Positions 29,914 to 39,384 of a stretch of DNA of 54,890 nucleotides are shown in pieces. A program made the position numbers and the translations under genes. How positions within the stretch are numbered: the stretch's first letter is position 1; the number at the start of each line of letters is the position of its first letter. The notes beneath the pieces were generated by a model. The model had not been told where the DNA came from and made no database searches. It was given only the letters and a program-made list of their open reading frames with translations. The stretch is from Pseudomonadota bacterium (GTDB lineage: Bacteria > Bdellovibrionota_C > UBA2361 > OMIW01). Location of the stretch: the NCBI GenBank assembly GCA_900299205.1, contig OMIW01000142.1, forward strand, positions 1 through 54,890. The letters are read 5' to 3'.

Positions 29914-32900
29914 ATGAAGGTAGCTCGCCTCGAAGTATTTGGATTCAAGTCATTCATGGAGCGTCTCGTGCTCCCTCTCGAATCGGGTTTCACTGGGGTG
30001 GTTGGTCCTAATGGTTGCGGTAAATCTAACGTCGTGGATGCGCTTCGGTGGGTTTTAGGTGAGACGAGAGCGAGTCAGCTTCGCGGTGGGACCCTTGAAG
30101 ATGTTATCTTCAACGGAACTGATTCTCTCCGACCACTGGGTCTCGCTGAGGTAACAATCACCCTACGAGCCGATGGAGCAGCAATTCTTGATGATATCAT
30201 TTCACCGCGGGCAGAAGCTGAGCTTGTAGCCAGTGGTGAGCTGGAAGATGAGATTGGGCGTCCTCATTTAAGAGTTATTCAAGGGGGAGTCTCGGGCGGT
30301 GAACGGCTTGAAGCTGAGCCGGTCAGGAATGAGGAGAAAAGTGCAACTGATGACAGTTGTGAGGAGGTTTCGGGTGCGGGGGAGCGGGAGGTCGAATCCG
30401 GGGAAGAAGAGGGTACTGATGAAACGGACGAGTATCAATCCAATAAAGAAAGTGGCAGCTCAGTCCCGCAGCGTCGATCAGTGTCCCTCATATCCCGATT
30501 TCAGTGGCTGTCATCGGTAAGTGAGGTTCAGGTAACGCGTCGACTCTATCGGAGTGGTGAGTCTGAATTTTTCATCAATAAGGTCGCGTGTCGTCTCAAA
30601 GATCTTAAAGATTTTTTTCGAGCTATCGGTTTAGGTGCTCGGGCTTACACGATAGTCGCTCAGGGTGAGGTTGGCCGAATTGTTACTGCCAAGCCGACCG
30701 ACCGTCGCCAGATACTTGAGGAGGCGGCGGGAGTAGTTGGTTTTCGGGACAAGATCGCAGAAGCGACTCGTCGACTTGCCGATACGAGCCAGAATATCCT
30801 TAGATTACAAGATGTCATCGGGGAATTGGAGCGACAGGTGGCCGTACTGAAGCGGCAAGCCGCTCGTGCAAGAGCAAGGCAAGAGATCAAGGAAGAGCTG
30901 ACGGCTGGTGAGCGAACACTTTTTCTTGACTCGTTCGTTGCCCTTCAAGAGCGTGAAGGAGAAATAGTGAGAGCTCATGAGCTCGGCCGGGAAGCTGAAC
31001 AGGTCGTTGGGGAGCGCTTTGCAGAGATCGCAGCAGCCGAAGGGGCAGCGCGCGCAGAAATTGAGGAGATTGAGGTAAGGATTGATGAGGTACGAGGGCG
31101 TCTCGAGCGACTGAGGGAAGAATCTCGTCGAAGGGAGCGAACATTAACCGAGCGAAGGGCGAAACAGGAGGAGCTTCGAAAGTTAATTCAATCCACCAGT
31201 AATGAGATTCTCAGGCTTCGTGAGCGGATAGATGTTCTACAAGAGCGAAGAAAAAAATCATCAACCCAGATCGAGGAATTACAGCGGCAGGATCAGGAAT
31301 TGGGAGAGCAGGCACACGATGGTGATGATGGGGGAGCCAGTGACATCGATGATTTGGCTGGTGAACTTGAAGTCGCAAGAGAGGGGCTGGTTATTATTGA
31401 ATCGAGTTTGCGTGAAGTAAGGGACGCATTCATTGCGAAAGAGAGTAGCCTGGCAGCGATGCGAGAACAGATAGTCGCAGCCTCTCCCTCGAATCAACTT
31501 TCGAGTGTATTCGGGGCGGAGCTGGCTGCTCAATCAGCTGATGCCGTTCGGTTGCTTGTGGACGAGATGCATATCCCAGAGCGTCTTGCAAAAGCAGCGC
31601 AAGCAATTATCGCCGAGAGAGCGCGGTATTTGTTGGTTTCAGACCCATGGTTAGTCGCGCGGAAATTTTCCGATCGGCTCCGCACCGATCCCGGAGAGGT
31701 GGCCGGGATACTTGGCGTTTACAGGGCTGGCTTTGAACCTCGCTCCACTAGTTCTGTTGGCAATTATGAAATTCCGTTTCCCGCGCTTATCACTCTTCTG
31801 TCGGTATCTCAGGCCGCAGAGGGAATCGTTAGCGAGTTGTTGCGAGACGTGGTGGTTGCCGATTCGCTGGAAGCAGCGCTCGATTTTTTTCAAGCGAACC
31901 AAATAAATGATTCTACCGTTGATTGTACGGTGGTGACCCTCGATGGCGAAATAGTCACGAAACAGAGCTTCGTCAGTTCTCGGGGTAATAGTGGGCTGAT
32001 TGAGCTGCGCGGGCGTGAATTATCTCTCTCGAATGAGACCTCAAATCTTGCTAGTGCACAGGATAATTTGATTAATGAGCGTATTTCTCAGCTGAAACGC
32101 ATTAGTGCTTTGGAGGTACGACACGCTGAATGCTTGCGAATTGCGAGAGAGCGTCAACGGATACTACGAGAGTTAGGGCTACAGCAGGGAAACATCAGGG
32201 GATTACTTCAGGCTGAGCGGGCAATTTGCGAGCAAATTGGCCAAGATTTTGCGCGAGCACAGGAACAGGTCGAGGAACTCCAGTCGCATTTGGATGATCT
32301 CCGTTATGAAGCTGCAACCGTTGAGGAGGATGTAGAGGCTCTCGAGGTGCTTGTGGCAGATTCGGATGACTCTGATGGTGAGGAACTAGTGGGAGAATTG
32401 GCGATTGCGGAGCGCAGTCGGAGAGAGCGTCGCGAATATCTTCAGAATTTGTCGGAGGAGCTCCTCACGGTTCGCGCAGAGCTCGATAGGACGAGGGCGG
32501 CAAATGTCCGTTTTGAACTCGAAGCGCAGAAAATCATGGTTGAGCTTCAGAGTCTTAGTGAGAGATTCGTCGCAGATCAGGGGAGTGAAGTATTTCATGA
32601 ACTGGTCGCTTCAGATGTATCGATTCAGCGGCTTGAAGTCGAGGAAAAGAATCTTCTTCAGCAACGGGTTAACCAACTCCGGAACCGTTTGGTTCGTGAG
32701 GGGGAAGTTGATCCAGGCTCTATTGAGCAGTACGAGAGCGAGCGGGACCGACTTGCTGGATTTATTCAGCAGCGGGACGATCTGGAGCGTGCGGCCACAA
32801 CTCTTCGAGAGAGTGTCCAGCGGTTGACAGTGACCTCCGAAGAGCGATTCCTGTCGACATTCCATGCTGTTCGGAAGAATTTCGGTCGACTAGTGCCGTC

Positions 32901-33312
32901 GCTTTTTGGTGGTGGGGCTGCTGACCTTTCACTCTCTGATCCCTCTCGCCCTCTTGATAGTGGGGTTGAGATAGCGGTGCGACCTCCCGGAAAAAAATTG
33001 AAGAGTATCGACCTCATGTCAGGGGGCGAAAAGGCTCTTTGTGCGACGGCCCTGATTTTCGCGATGTTTCTCGAGCGCCCAAGCCCTTTGTGTGTTCTCG
33101 ATGAGGTAGATGCTCCTCTCGATGAAGCGAATCTTCAGCGGTTTTTGAGGGTAATTAGAGAAATGAGCGCGAGCACTCAATTTCTTATGATTACTCACAA
33201 TAAAGCCTCTATGGCAGCGGCAGATACTCTCGTTGGAGTGACGATGCCTACTCCAGGGGCTTCTAAAATGATAACGGTTTCTCTCCAGGAGGCGGTAGCC
33301 CATGGTGATTGA
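29914..33312 (+). CDS. smc: Chromosome segregation protein SMC
   Basis: GFKSF, GPNGCGKSN, coiled coils, MSGGEK signature, LDEVDAPLDE; upstream of ftsY as is common. Confidence 0.93.
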   Translation: MKVARLEVFGFKSFMERLVLPLESGFTGVVGPNGCGKSNVVDALRWVLGETRASQLRGGTLEDVIFNGTDSLRPLGLAEVTITLRADGAAILDDIISPRAEAELVASGELEDEIGRPHLRVIQGGVSGGERLEAEPVRNEEKSATDDSCEEVSGAGEREVESGEEEGTDETDEYQSNKESGSSVPQRRSVSLISRFQWLSSVSEVQVTRRLYRSGESEFFINKVACRLKDLKDFFRAIGLGARAYTIVAQGEVGRIVTAKPTDRRQILEEAAGVVGFRDKIAEATRRLADTSQNILRLQDVIGELERQVAVLKRQAARARARQEIKEELTAGERTLFLDSFVALQEREGEIVRAHELGREAEQVVGERFAEIAAAEGAARAEIEEIEVRIDEVRGRLERLREESRRRERTLTERRAKQEELRKLIQSTSNEILRLRERIDVLQERRKKSSTQIEELQRQDQELGEQAHDGDDGGASDIDDLAGELEVAREGLVIIESSLREVRDAFIAKESSLAAMREQIVAASPSNQLSSVFGAELAAQSADAVRLLVDEMHIPERLAKAAQAIIAERARYLLVSDPWLVARKFSDRLRTDPGEVAGILGVYRAGFEPRSTSSVGNYEIPFPALITLLSVSQAAEGIVSELLRDVVVADSLEAALDFFQANQINDSTVDCTVVTLDGEIVTKQSFVSSRGNSGLIELRGRELSLSNETSNLASAQDNLINERISQLKRISALEVRHAECLRIARERQRILRELGLQQGNIRGLLQAERAICEQIGQDFARAQEQVEELQSHLDDLRYEAATVEEDVEALEVLVADSDDSDGEELVGELAIAERSRRERREYLQNLSEELLTVRAELDRTRAANVRFELEAQKIMVELQSLSERFVADQGSEVFHELVASDVSIQRLEVEEKNLLQQRVNQLRNRLVREGEVDPGSIEQYESERDRLAGFIQQRDDLERAATTLRESVQRLTVTSEERFLSTFHAVRKNFGRLVPSLFGGGAADLSLSDPSRPLDSGVEIAVRPPGKKLKSIDLMSGGEKALCATALIFAMFLERPSPLCVLDEVDAPLDEANLQRFLRVIREMSASTQFLMITHNKASMAAADTLVGVTMPTPGASKMITVSLQEAVAHGD

Positions 33313-34759
33313 CGAGGGATTTCTGCCGAGCTTAATCAACGGAGCGGTCGTTTATGAAGGGGCATCGCTCGCACAGCCGCTCATGACTCCGCATATTTTG
33401 GGGCTCAGTCGAGAGAATCTCGCGGTGATTGTCGCCGTTTTTTCAGTTGTAGGAGTCATATTATTCGTGATGTCTCTTTTCCGAGGTGCTGCAACCGCAG
33501 ATGTTGTCGGACAACGAGGGGACGACATTGATGATCCGATCGAACGGCTCGGTCTACTTGAACGGAAGGTTCAACGGCTGAGTGAACGCGTCGATGCAAT
33601 TGATGAGCGGGTTAAGAAAGTTGGCTCCTCAGAAAACCTTTCGGTAGCGTCGCCCTCATCGAGCAGGCTCTCAGAGGGAAACCGTACCAAGCCCGAAGCC
33701 CCTCCTCAAAGCTCGGCCTCGAAAGATACCCCCTCTCAAAATGAGACGAAACACCGTGGTACGAGGTTGGACCTTGCCAGATTTGCGGAGAAGATTGTAT
33801 CCGGTGCTCAGGGATCTGTTCTCGATCAGCGCTTTGGACCCTCCCGACAATCCATCCTTAGCAAAATCAAATCGGTATTGCGTTCCTCGGAGACGATTGA
33901 TGCCGATATGCTTGAGGAAATAGAGGTACTACTGGTGACCAGCGATCTGGGCCTCAAAATGGCGCAAGCACTTTCCCGGGACCTAAAGGAGGTGCTTCGT
34001 TCAGGTGGGCTCGTGTCAAGAGAAAGGCTCTTTGCTCACCTTCATAAACAGCTTCTTGCCCTTCTCTCTGAGCCTCGGTTAATGGCTCCAGAATTTAATC
34101 CATCGAAGACTTCACCAGGTTGCCCCAAGGTGGTGGTCGTGGTGGGTGTCAATGGAGTAGGAAAGACGACGACGGTAGCGAAGCTGGCGCAACTTTGGTC
34201 TTCGAGGGGGGCTAAAGTCGTTTTGGGGGCAGCTGATACGTTTCGCGCGGCTGCCGATGAGCAGCTCCGTGAGTGGGGAAATCGAATCGGCGTGGAGGTT
34301 ATCGCAGGGGTTCCTGAAGATAAACCATCGACAGTTGCCCATGCGGCTGTTGAGGCGGGAAGGAATCAGGGGGCAGATGTTGTGATCATTGATACAGCGG
34401 GACGCCTGCACAACAGGGGTAGTTTAATGCAGGAGCTTGAGGGAATGTTGCGTGCGGTAAAGAAAGCTCAACCCCAATCGCCCGAGGAGATTTGGTTGGT
34501 ACTTGATGGTACGACAGGGCAGAATGCGTTAGCTCAGGCTCGGGAATTTCAATCCTCCGTCTCACTGACTGGAGTTATTGTAACGAAGCTCGATGGCACT
34601 GCGAAGGGAGGTGTCGCAGTAGGGATTTCTCACGAGTTAGGTATCCCGGTCCGTTTTATCGGTATAGGGGAATCCTGGCAGGATCTTCGTCCTTTTAATC
34701 CAAAGGAATTTGTCACCGCATTGCTCGGAGACGGTTCGGTACAGAGCAATTCGGTCTAG
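33302..34759 (+). CDS. ftsY: Signal recognition particle receptor FtsY with N-terminal TM anchor
   Basis: GVNGVGKTT, DTFRAAA, DTAGRL, TKLDGTAKGG. Confidence 0.96.
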   Translation: MVIDEGFLPSLINGAVVYEGASLAQPLMTPHILGLSRENLAVIVAVFSVVGVILFVMSLFRGAATADVVGQRGDDIDDPIERLGLLERKVQRLSERVDAIDERVKKVGSSENLSVASPSSSRLSEGNRTKPEAPPQSSASKDTPSQNETKHRGTRLDLARFAEKIVSGAQGSVLDQRFGPSRQSILSKIKSVLRSSETIDADMLEEIEVLLVTSDLGLKMAQALSRDLKEVLRSGGLVSRERLFAHLHKQLLALLSEPRLMAPEFNPSKTSPGCPKVVVVVGVNGVGKTTTVAKLAQLWSSRGAKVVLGAADTFRAAADEQLREWGNRIGVEVIAGVPEDKPSTVAHAAVEAGRNQGADVVIIDTAGRLHNRGSLMQELEGMLRAVKKAQPQSPEEIWLVLDGTTGQNALAQAREFQSSVSLTGVIVTKLDGTAKGGVAVGISHELGIPVRFIGIGESWQDLRPFNPKEFVTALLGDGSVQSNSV

Positions 34760-34960
34760 TCGGTCGGGAAGCTCTCTTATCGAGGGTCTCAGACTGAGTG
34801 TTGAGATTGAGAGCTTTGCCACGGGTATTTTCCTCTTTGAACCTCACAATTCTTTTCGGTCATGAGCTTAGAGCTCTCCAAAAATTTTTATAAAAAGGTC
34901 GGTCGAGCTGCTTCGCGAATGGGCACCTTTATTTTCTGCTCTATAGCTTGGGACGGAGAT

Positions 34961-37393
34961 TTAGTGGGCGCGCCCAGTATCGGGGCCGATAATCCCTCGG
35001 AGCAGGAGAGCTCCCAGTTTCCTGTGAATTGACTCCAACGGTTCGTCAGACGCATTTACATAGTCCTCATTGAGGAACTCCGGGTGATACCGAAGAAGGT
35101 GTTCAAGCACAAGACGATCTCGGGAGGACTTCGCTATCATTCGCCATATGTGATATCCAATATCAGCGAGATCATCGTGCCCCCACTCGATTAGCTTAAT
35201 GATGTACCGAGCTGTCGTGAGAAGCTCTTCAGGTGCGGGAGGACGGTCAAACCGAAAGCTGTCGGCTGAGGTTCGCATAATATCAGCAAGATTAACGAGA
35301 TTGGTAATGAGTCGAGGGATGCAATCACGAGAGAGAATTTTCCTCTCGAGGGTCGAGTCGAGATACGTCATGGTCAAGGGAACAATTCTCCTCATTAACG
35401 CATCGTTCAGCTCTCGCTCGTAATTTTTTGTGAATATCAGGAAGAGATTGTCGAGATTGCAATCGACCGGTGGCCCCGATTGGAGCCAGATTCTTCCGTC
35501 TTGAATGGGACCGAGAAAGAAAGTATCGATGTGAGCATCAACTTTATCAATCTCATCTATGAGAAGCAGCACCGGTTGGCTCTGAGAGCGAAGAAATGCC
35601 TGGGCAAGCACTCCTAGTTCAATGATGTCACTTTTTCGAATTCGAACACCGGCAGACGCTCGGGCAATCGCAACCTCATTTCTCATTTCGATGAGGTATC
35701 GCGTATCCATTCCGGTGTAACACTGGAGGGTCATGAACTCCGCGCCAGCCACTCGAGCGAGCATTTTTCCCAGGAAACTTTTTCCGCAACCTGGTGGCCC
35801 CTCAAGGAGTAAGCTTCTGACCATATCTCTTCTTACCGCGCATATGAGAGCTATCTGCTTCGCAAGATATGGCAAACACTCGTAGCCAACGCGCGCTAAT
35901 TTCTCGGTAACCTTTTCCGGACCCCCCAAATGTTGCCAGCCAATTTTTTCGACCTGAAAAGCTTTCTTTCTGCGCAATCTATCAGGATCTTCCACCACTC
36001 CCTTAAGAATGATTCGACCCAGCTTCGAGTACAGTTGCTTGAGAGATGCTTTGCGTGGATCCGAGATAAGAGAGTCAGCGAATTCCGGGTGGAACCTCAT
36101 GACCTGTTCAAAGATAACTCGATCTCGCTCGGATTTTGCCATGAGAGGCCAAACAGTTCGACCGACAACTTCAAAGTCGGTTATTCCCCACTCGATAAGC
36201 ATCCCGAGGTATCGCCCACACCGCTGCAACTCCTCGGGGGCAGGGGGCCGCTCGAATTGATAGTGACCCTGGCACCCACGCATAAAATCAACAAGATAGG
36301 AGAGATTTGACGAAATTTGAGGCAGGGCAGCTGCTTTCAGAACCCGTTTCTCTGCAGTGCTATCAAGATAGGTCATGGTGACAGGAGTTACCCGTCGCAT
36401 GAGTGCATCATCAATCTCTCGATTGAAGTTCTTGGTAAACATCACGAGTAAGTTATCAAGCTCTGCCTCGATTGGTGGTCGAGACTCGAGATGAATAACG
36501 CCATCGTTGAGAGGACCGAGAAAAAATGTATCAACCGCAGTGTCTACCTTATCCAACTCATCGACGAGAAGAATAACGGGACGGGTCTGGGAGGTGAGAA
36601 AGGCGCGAGAAAGAATGCCGAGATTGACCAGATCTTCATCGTTGATCGAACCACCGGCCATGGCACGGGCAAGGCCAACGGGAGACGGTTGCTCGATAAG
36701 GTGCTGGGTATTCATCCCGGGATAGCATGTCAATACCATCAACTCAGCACCCGTGAGTTTCGCGAGGCACTTGGCAAGGAAAGATTTGCCGCATCCTGGT
36801 GGGCCCTCAAGGAGAAATGAGCGCACGATAGCGGAGGGGGTAAGGAACATGAGTGAGAGCTGAATGGCGATGAAGGGTCCTGCATGATAGCCGACCTTTT
36901 CCAGCTTGGTCACCATTTCTGCGGGATTGCCGAGTGCACGGAACCCGAGATTTCTGGGCATATATTCGACGCTGACTTTTCCAAGGCTTCCAGCGTCTCC
37001 CGTATCATCCTCCTGTTCAGGGGGTAGTAGCTCATACGGGATTATCGTGAATACGTCATCTTGCTGAGACTTTATATACTCATCGATTGATACGGATTCT
37101 CCCTTGGGCCTAAAGAGACTGACCAGTTGTTTGGAAAATCCAGCTAGTCGAAGATTTGGCTCTTGAGGGAGTTCGCTTTCAGAGGTCGATTTGCTCGATT
37201 GACTGAAATCGGATGAGCCAACGAGGTCTTGGAGGATAAATCGGTCTTCTGCGAGACCCTCACTAACGGCATAGGCAGACTCCTGAGGTTCCGGGGAGTG
37301 GCCCGTCTTACGGAGGAATTTCTCAGTCGATGCTTGAAGGGAATCGCTCCGATTTCCAGGGATACGGCCCCCTTCAGATGGAGGTTTTTTCAT
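34961..37393 (-). CDS. Tandem double MoxR/CoxD-like AAA+ ATPase
   Basis: Two homologous modules, each with LLEGPPGCGKS, a Walker B (LLVDELDK / LLIDEIDK) and DALMRR. Confidence 0.85.
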   Translation of the reverse strand: MKKPPSEGGRIPGNRSDSLQASTEKFLRKTGHSPEPQESAYAVSEGLAEDRFILQDLVGSSDFSQSSKSTSESELPQEPNLRLAGFSKQLVSLFRPKGESVSIDEYIKSQQDDVFTIIPYELLPPEQEDDTGDAGSLGKVSVEYMPRNLGFRALGNPAEMVTKLEKVGYHAGPFIAIQLSLMFLTPSAIVRSFLLEGPPGCGKSFLAKCLAKLTGAELMVLTCYPGMNTQHLIEQPSPVGLARAMAGGSINDEDLVNLGILSRAFLTSQTRPVILLVDELDKVDTAVDTFFLGPLNDGVIHLESRPPIEAELDNLLVMFTKNFNREIDDALMRRVTPVTMTYLDSTAEKRVLKAAALPQISSNLSYLVDFMRGCQGHYQFERPPAPEELQRCGRYLGMLIEWGITDFEVVGRTVWPLMAKSERDRVIFEQVMRFHPEFADSLISDPRKASLKQLYSKLGRIILKGVVEDPDRLRRKKAFQVEKIGWQHLGGPEKVTEKLARVGYECLPYLAKQIALICAVRRDMVRSLLLEGPPGCGKSFLGKMLARVAGAEFMTLQCYTGMDTRYLIEMRNEVAIARASAGVRIRKSDIIELGVLAQAFLRSQSQPVLLLIDEIDKVDAHIDTFFLGPIQDGRIWLQSGPPVDCNLDNLFLIFTKNYERELNDALMRRIVPLTMTYLDSTLERKILSRDCIPRLITNLVNLADIMRTSADSFRFDRPPAPEELLTTARYIIKLIEWGHDDLADIGYHIWRMIAKSSRDRLVLEHLLRYHPEFLNEDYVNASDEPLESIHRKLGALLLRGIIGPDTGRAH

Positions 37394-39225
37394 GATAACC
37401 CCCTTCTCTGTTGGTTGGTGTAGATACGCTCACATACATTCACCAGAACATCCCGAGCCTTACCCGCAAGTCCCTCCTTGAACGCGGCGAGGTTGAGGGG
37501 GACAAGAATATTCTCTGAGATGGATTCCTCGGTTAGGCGACCTATGCGGACCGTATTTATCGTAGCCAAAGTATAAAAGCATAGGACGATCCAAAGTTCG
37601 ATGGCGAGAGGTTCGAACGATAGCTGCATTACGCGCTCAGAGAGGGGTTGAACGGTCGCTGCGAGCTTCTCCATCTGATCAACCAAATCAAGTTTATTGA
37701 TCGGCGCGTCGGGATCAATTTCGTAGCGAGAGGCTGCTTTCACTGCGGCTAAAAAGGCATCGGAAATTTCTCGTTCTTCCTGCCAATCAGAGCGTGGCTG
37801 GTACAACCCCAGGAGGGCGACATTGACCAGTGCTTCACGAACTTCATAAGGCTCGACGGCGGTTTCATGATTTCCGTCAAAGTGAGCGATGGGCTCCCGA
37901 ATAATTGCAACGATATTCTCCATCGTCCGTTCAATTCCGCTTTGAAAGGATTTGAGGATAGTTGCGGCTTGTTCAGTTGAGGGTGATTTAAGAGTTTGAT
38001 TGAGCACTGGCTCAACAAGCTTGCTCAGCTGATTTCTGAGCTGTCTTCCTGCAATCCCGTAAGCGGGATCAATTGCCCAAAACGTCGTCGGTAGCCAAGC
38101 TTGAATTGAAGAGGCATATCGGGGGAAGGGTTCGCCGAGATTTCTGAGTAAATAGGGGATATAATCCACCGTTTGCGATAGGCGAATAAATGGATGTTCG
38201 AAGGGTACCCAGGTTGAGCGAGATTTTTCTAAAGGCCTCTCCTCGAGCTTGGTGATCAGGCGGTATTCAAGGTAGGGGATTGATGATGGCGATAACTCTC
38301 GGGCTGACAGTTCAGCTCGCAACTCGGCTAGTCCTACATATCGGGGGCCTGGTTGGATTGGTTGATGAAAAAGAAGGGAAGGGCAAACAAGAAGGTTGTC
38401 CTTTGTGCGAATATCACAAACAAATCGCCATATTGATCCGTAAATGTCGGTGGTCTGATTCGGCTCTATGTATCGGTTCAAGACGGCATGAGGAATGAGA
38501 GTATCCCGAACGTAGGCGCGAATCATGTCCTCGTGATACCAATACTGCGATTCCTCTCGATACATATCGTGTAGCTTGGCGAATATTTGCTCGATGAGGG
38601 GGTATACGGTTTCATCGGGGTAAGTTTTGCCGTCTCGAGCAGCTTCTATGAACCTTTGTGATTGCATCCAGAGTTCGCGAAAAAATGGCGCAACCTCGTC
38701 ATTTCGGGTAAAACAGCAAAAAACTCGGTGAGCGATAAGTTCCCCAAGCAGATTTTCAAGACATTGAACAACAGGTCGTCCGAGGGCCATGTTGTCGTTA
38801 CACCGCTGAAGCGAGACATCAAGATCCTTGTGAACTCGGTTGAGGGCAGCTTCATGGACCCTATTTATCCGTTGTACGAGCGTACGTAGTGCCCTCCGGT
38901 CGGTAATGAGCGCCGGATCGTCAGTGAACTCATCGAGAAATAATTCAAGTGCTGAGGCTCGTGTCGAGGTAATCGGGTCGAATGAGTTGCAAAACCCGAG
39001 AACGACAGTGCGTTGTTCGAACTCTCTCGTGGTGGGAGCGTTTGGGCCGGCCTCTGAGCAGAGCTTCTCAATAAAACCCCTCACAGAGGTGAGCTGATCT
39101 GAATCGACTAACCAATCTGCGAGCATCATCGGATCCGAGGGTATCGGTATACCGTGGCGCGAGAGGGTCCGTGAGAGAGCCTCTTGTTGACTTAATGAAA
39201 GTTGCAGGGAAGAAGAGCTTCGCAT
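37390..39225 (-). CDS. Hypothetical helical protein, translationally coupled to the AAA+ gene
   Basis: 611-aa ORF; ATGA stop/start overlap at 37390-37393. Confidence 0.75.
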   Translation of the reverse strand: MRSSSSLQLSLSQQEALSRTLSRHGIPIPSDPMMLADWLVDSDQLTSVRGFIEKLCSEAGPNAPTTREFEQRTVVLGFCNSFDPITSTRASALELFLDEFTDDPALITDRRALRTLVQRINRVHEAALNRVHKDLDVSLQRCNDNMALGRPVVQCLENLLGELIAHRVFCCFTRNDEVAPFFRELWMQSQRFIEAARDGKTYPDETVYPLIEQIFAKLHDMYREESQYWYHEDMIRAYVRDTLIPHAVLNRYIEPNQTTDIYGSIWRFVCDIRTKDNLLVCPSLLFHQPIQPGPRYVGLAELRAELSARELSPSSIPYLEYRLITKLEERPLEKSRSTWVPFEHPFIRLSQTVDYIPYLLRNLGEPFPRYASSIQAWLPTTFWAIDPAYGIAGRQLRNQLSKLVEPVLNQTLKSPSTEQAATILKSFQSGIERTMENIVAIIREPIAHFDGNHETAVEPYEVREALVNVALLGLYQPRSDWQEEREISDAFLAAVKAASRYEIDPDAPINKLDLVDQMEKLAATVQPLSERVMQLSFEPLAIELWIVLCFYTLATINTVRIGRLTEESISENILVPLNLAAFKEGLAGKARDVLVNVCERIYTNQQRRGLS

Positions 39226-39300
39226 TGAGCGCTCACATGGGGTACCCCAAAAAACGCACCATTGGTGACATCGAGGTGATTCGACAGGACGATAGTCGTT

Positions 39301-39327
39301 TGATCGGCTTTGTGCTTAGTTTGCTTA
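39301..39327 (-). promoter_or_regulatory. Sigma28 (FliA)-like promoter
   Basis: Minus strand TAAG-N15-GCCGATCA versus consensus TAAA-N15-GCCGATAA, about 75 bp upstream of ATG 39225. Confidence 0.55.
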
Positions 39328-39345
39328 AGCCCTGATCTGATGAGG

Positions 39346-39381
39346 CCCTTTCAGCGAGCGATGTTTTGCCCGCTGAAAGGG
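39346..39381 (-). terminator. Hairpin directly after the glucan synthase stop
   Basis: CCCTTTCAGCG / CGCTGAAAGGG 11-bp inverted repeat; no strong U-tract. Confidence 0.5.
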
Positions 39382-39384
39382 ATA

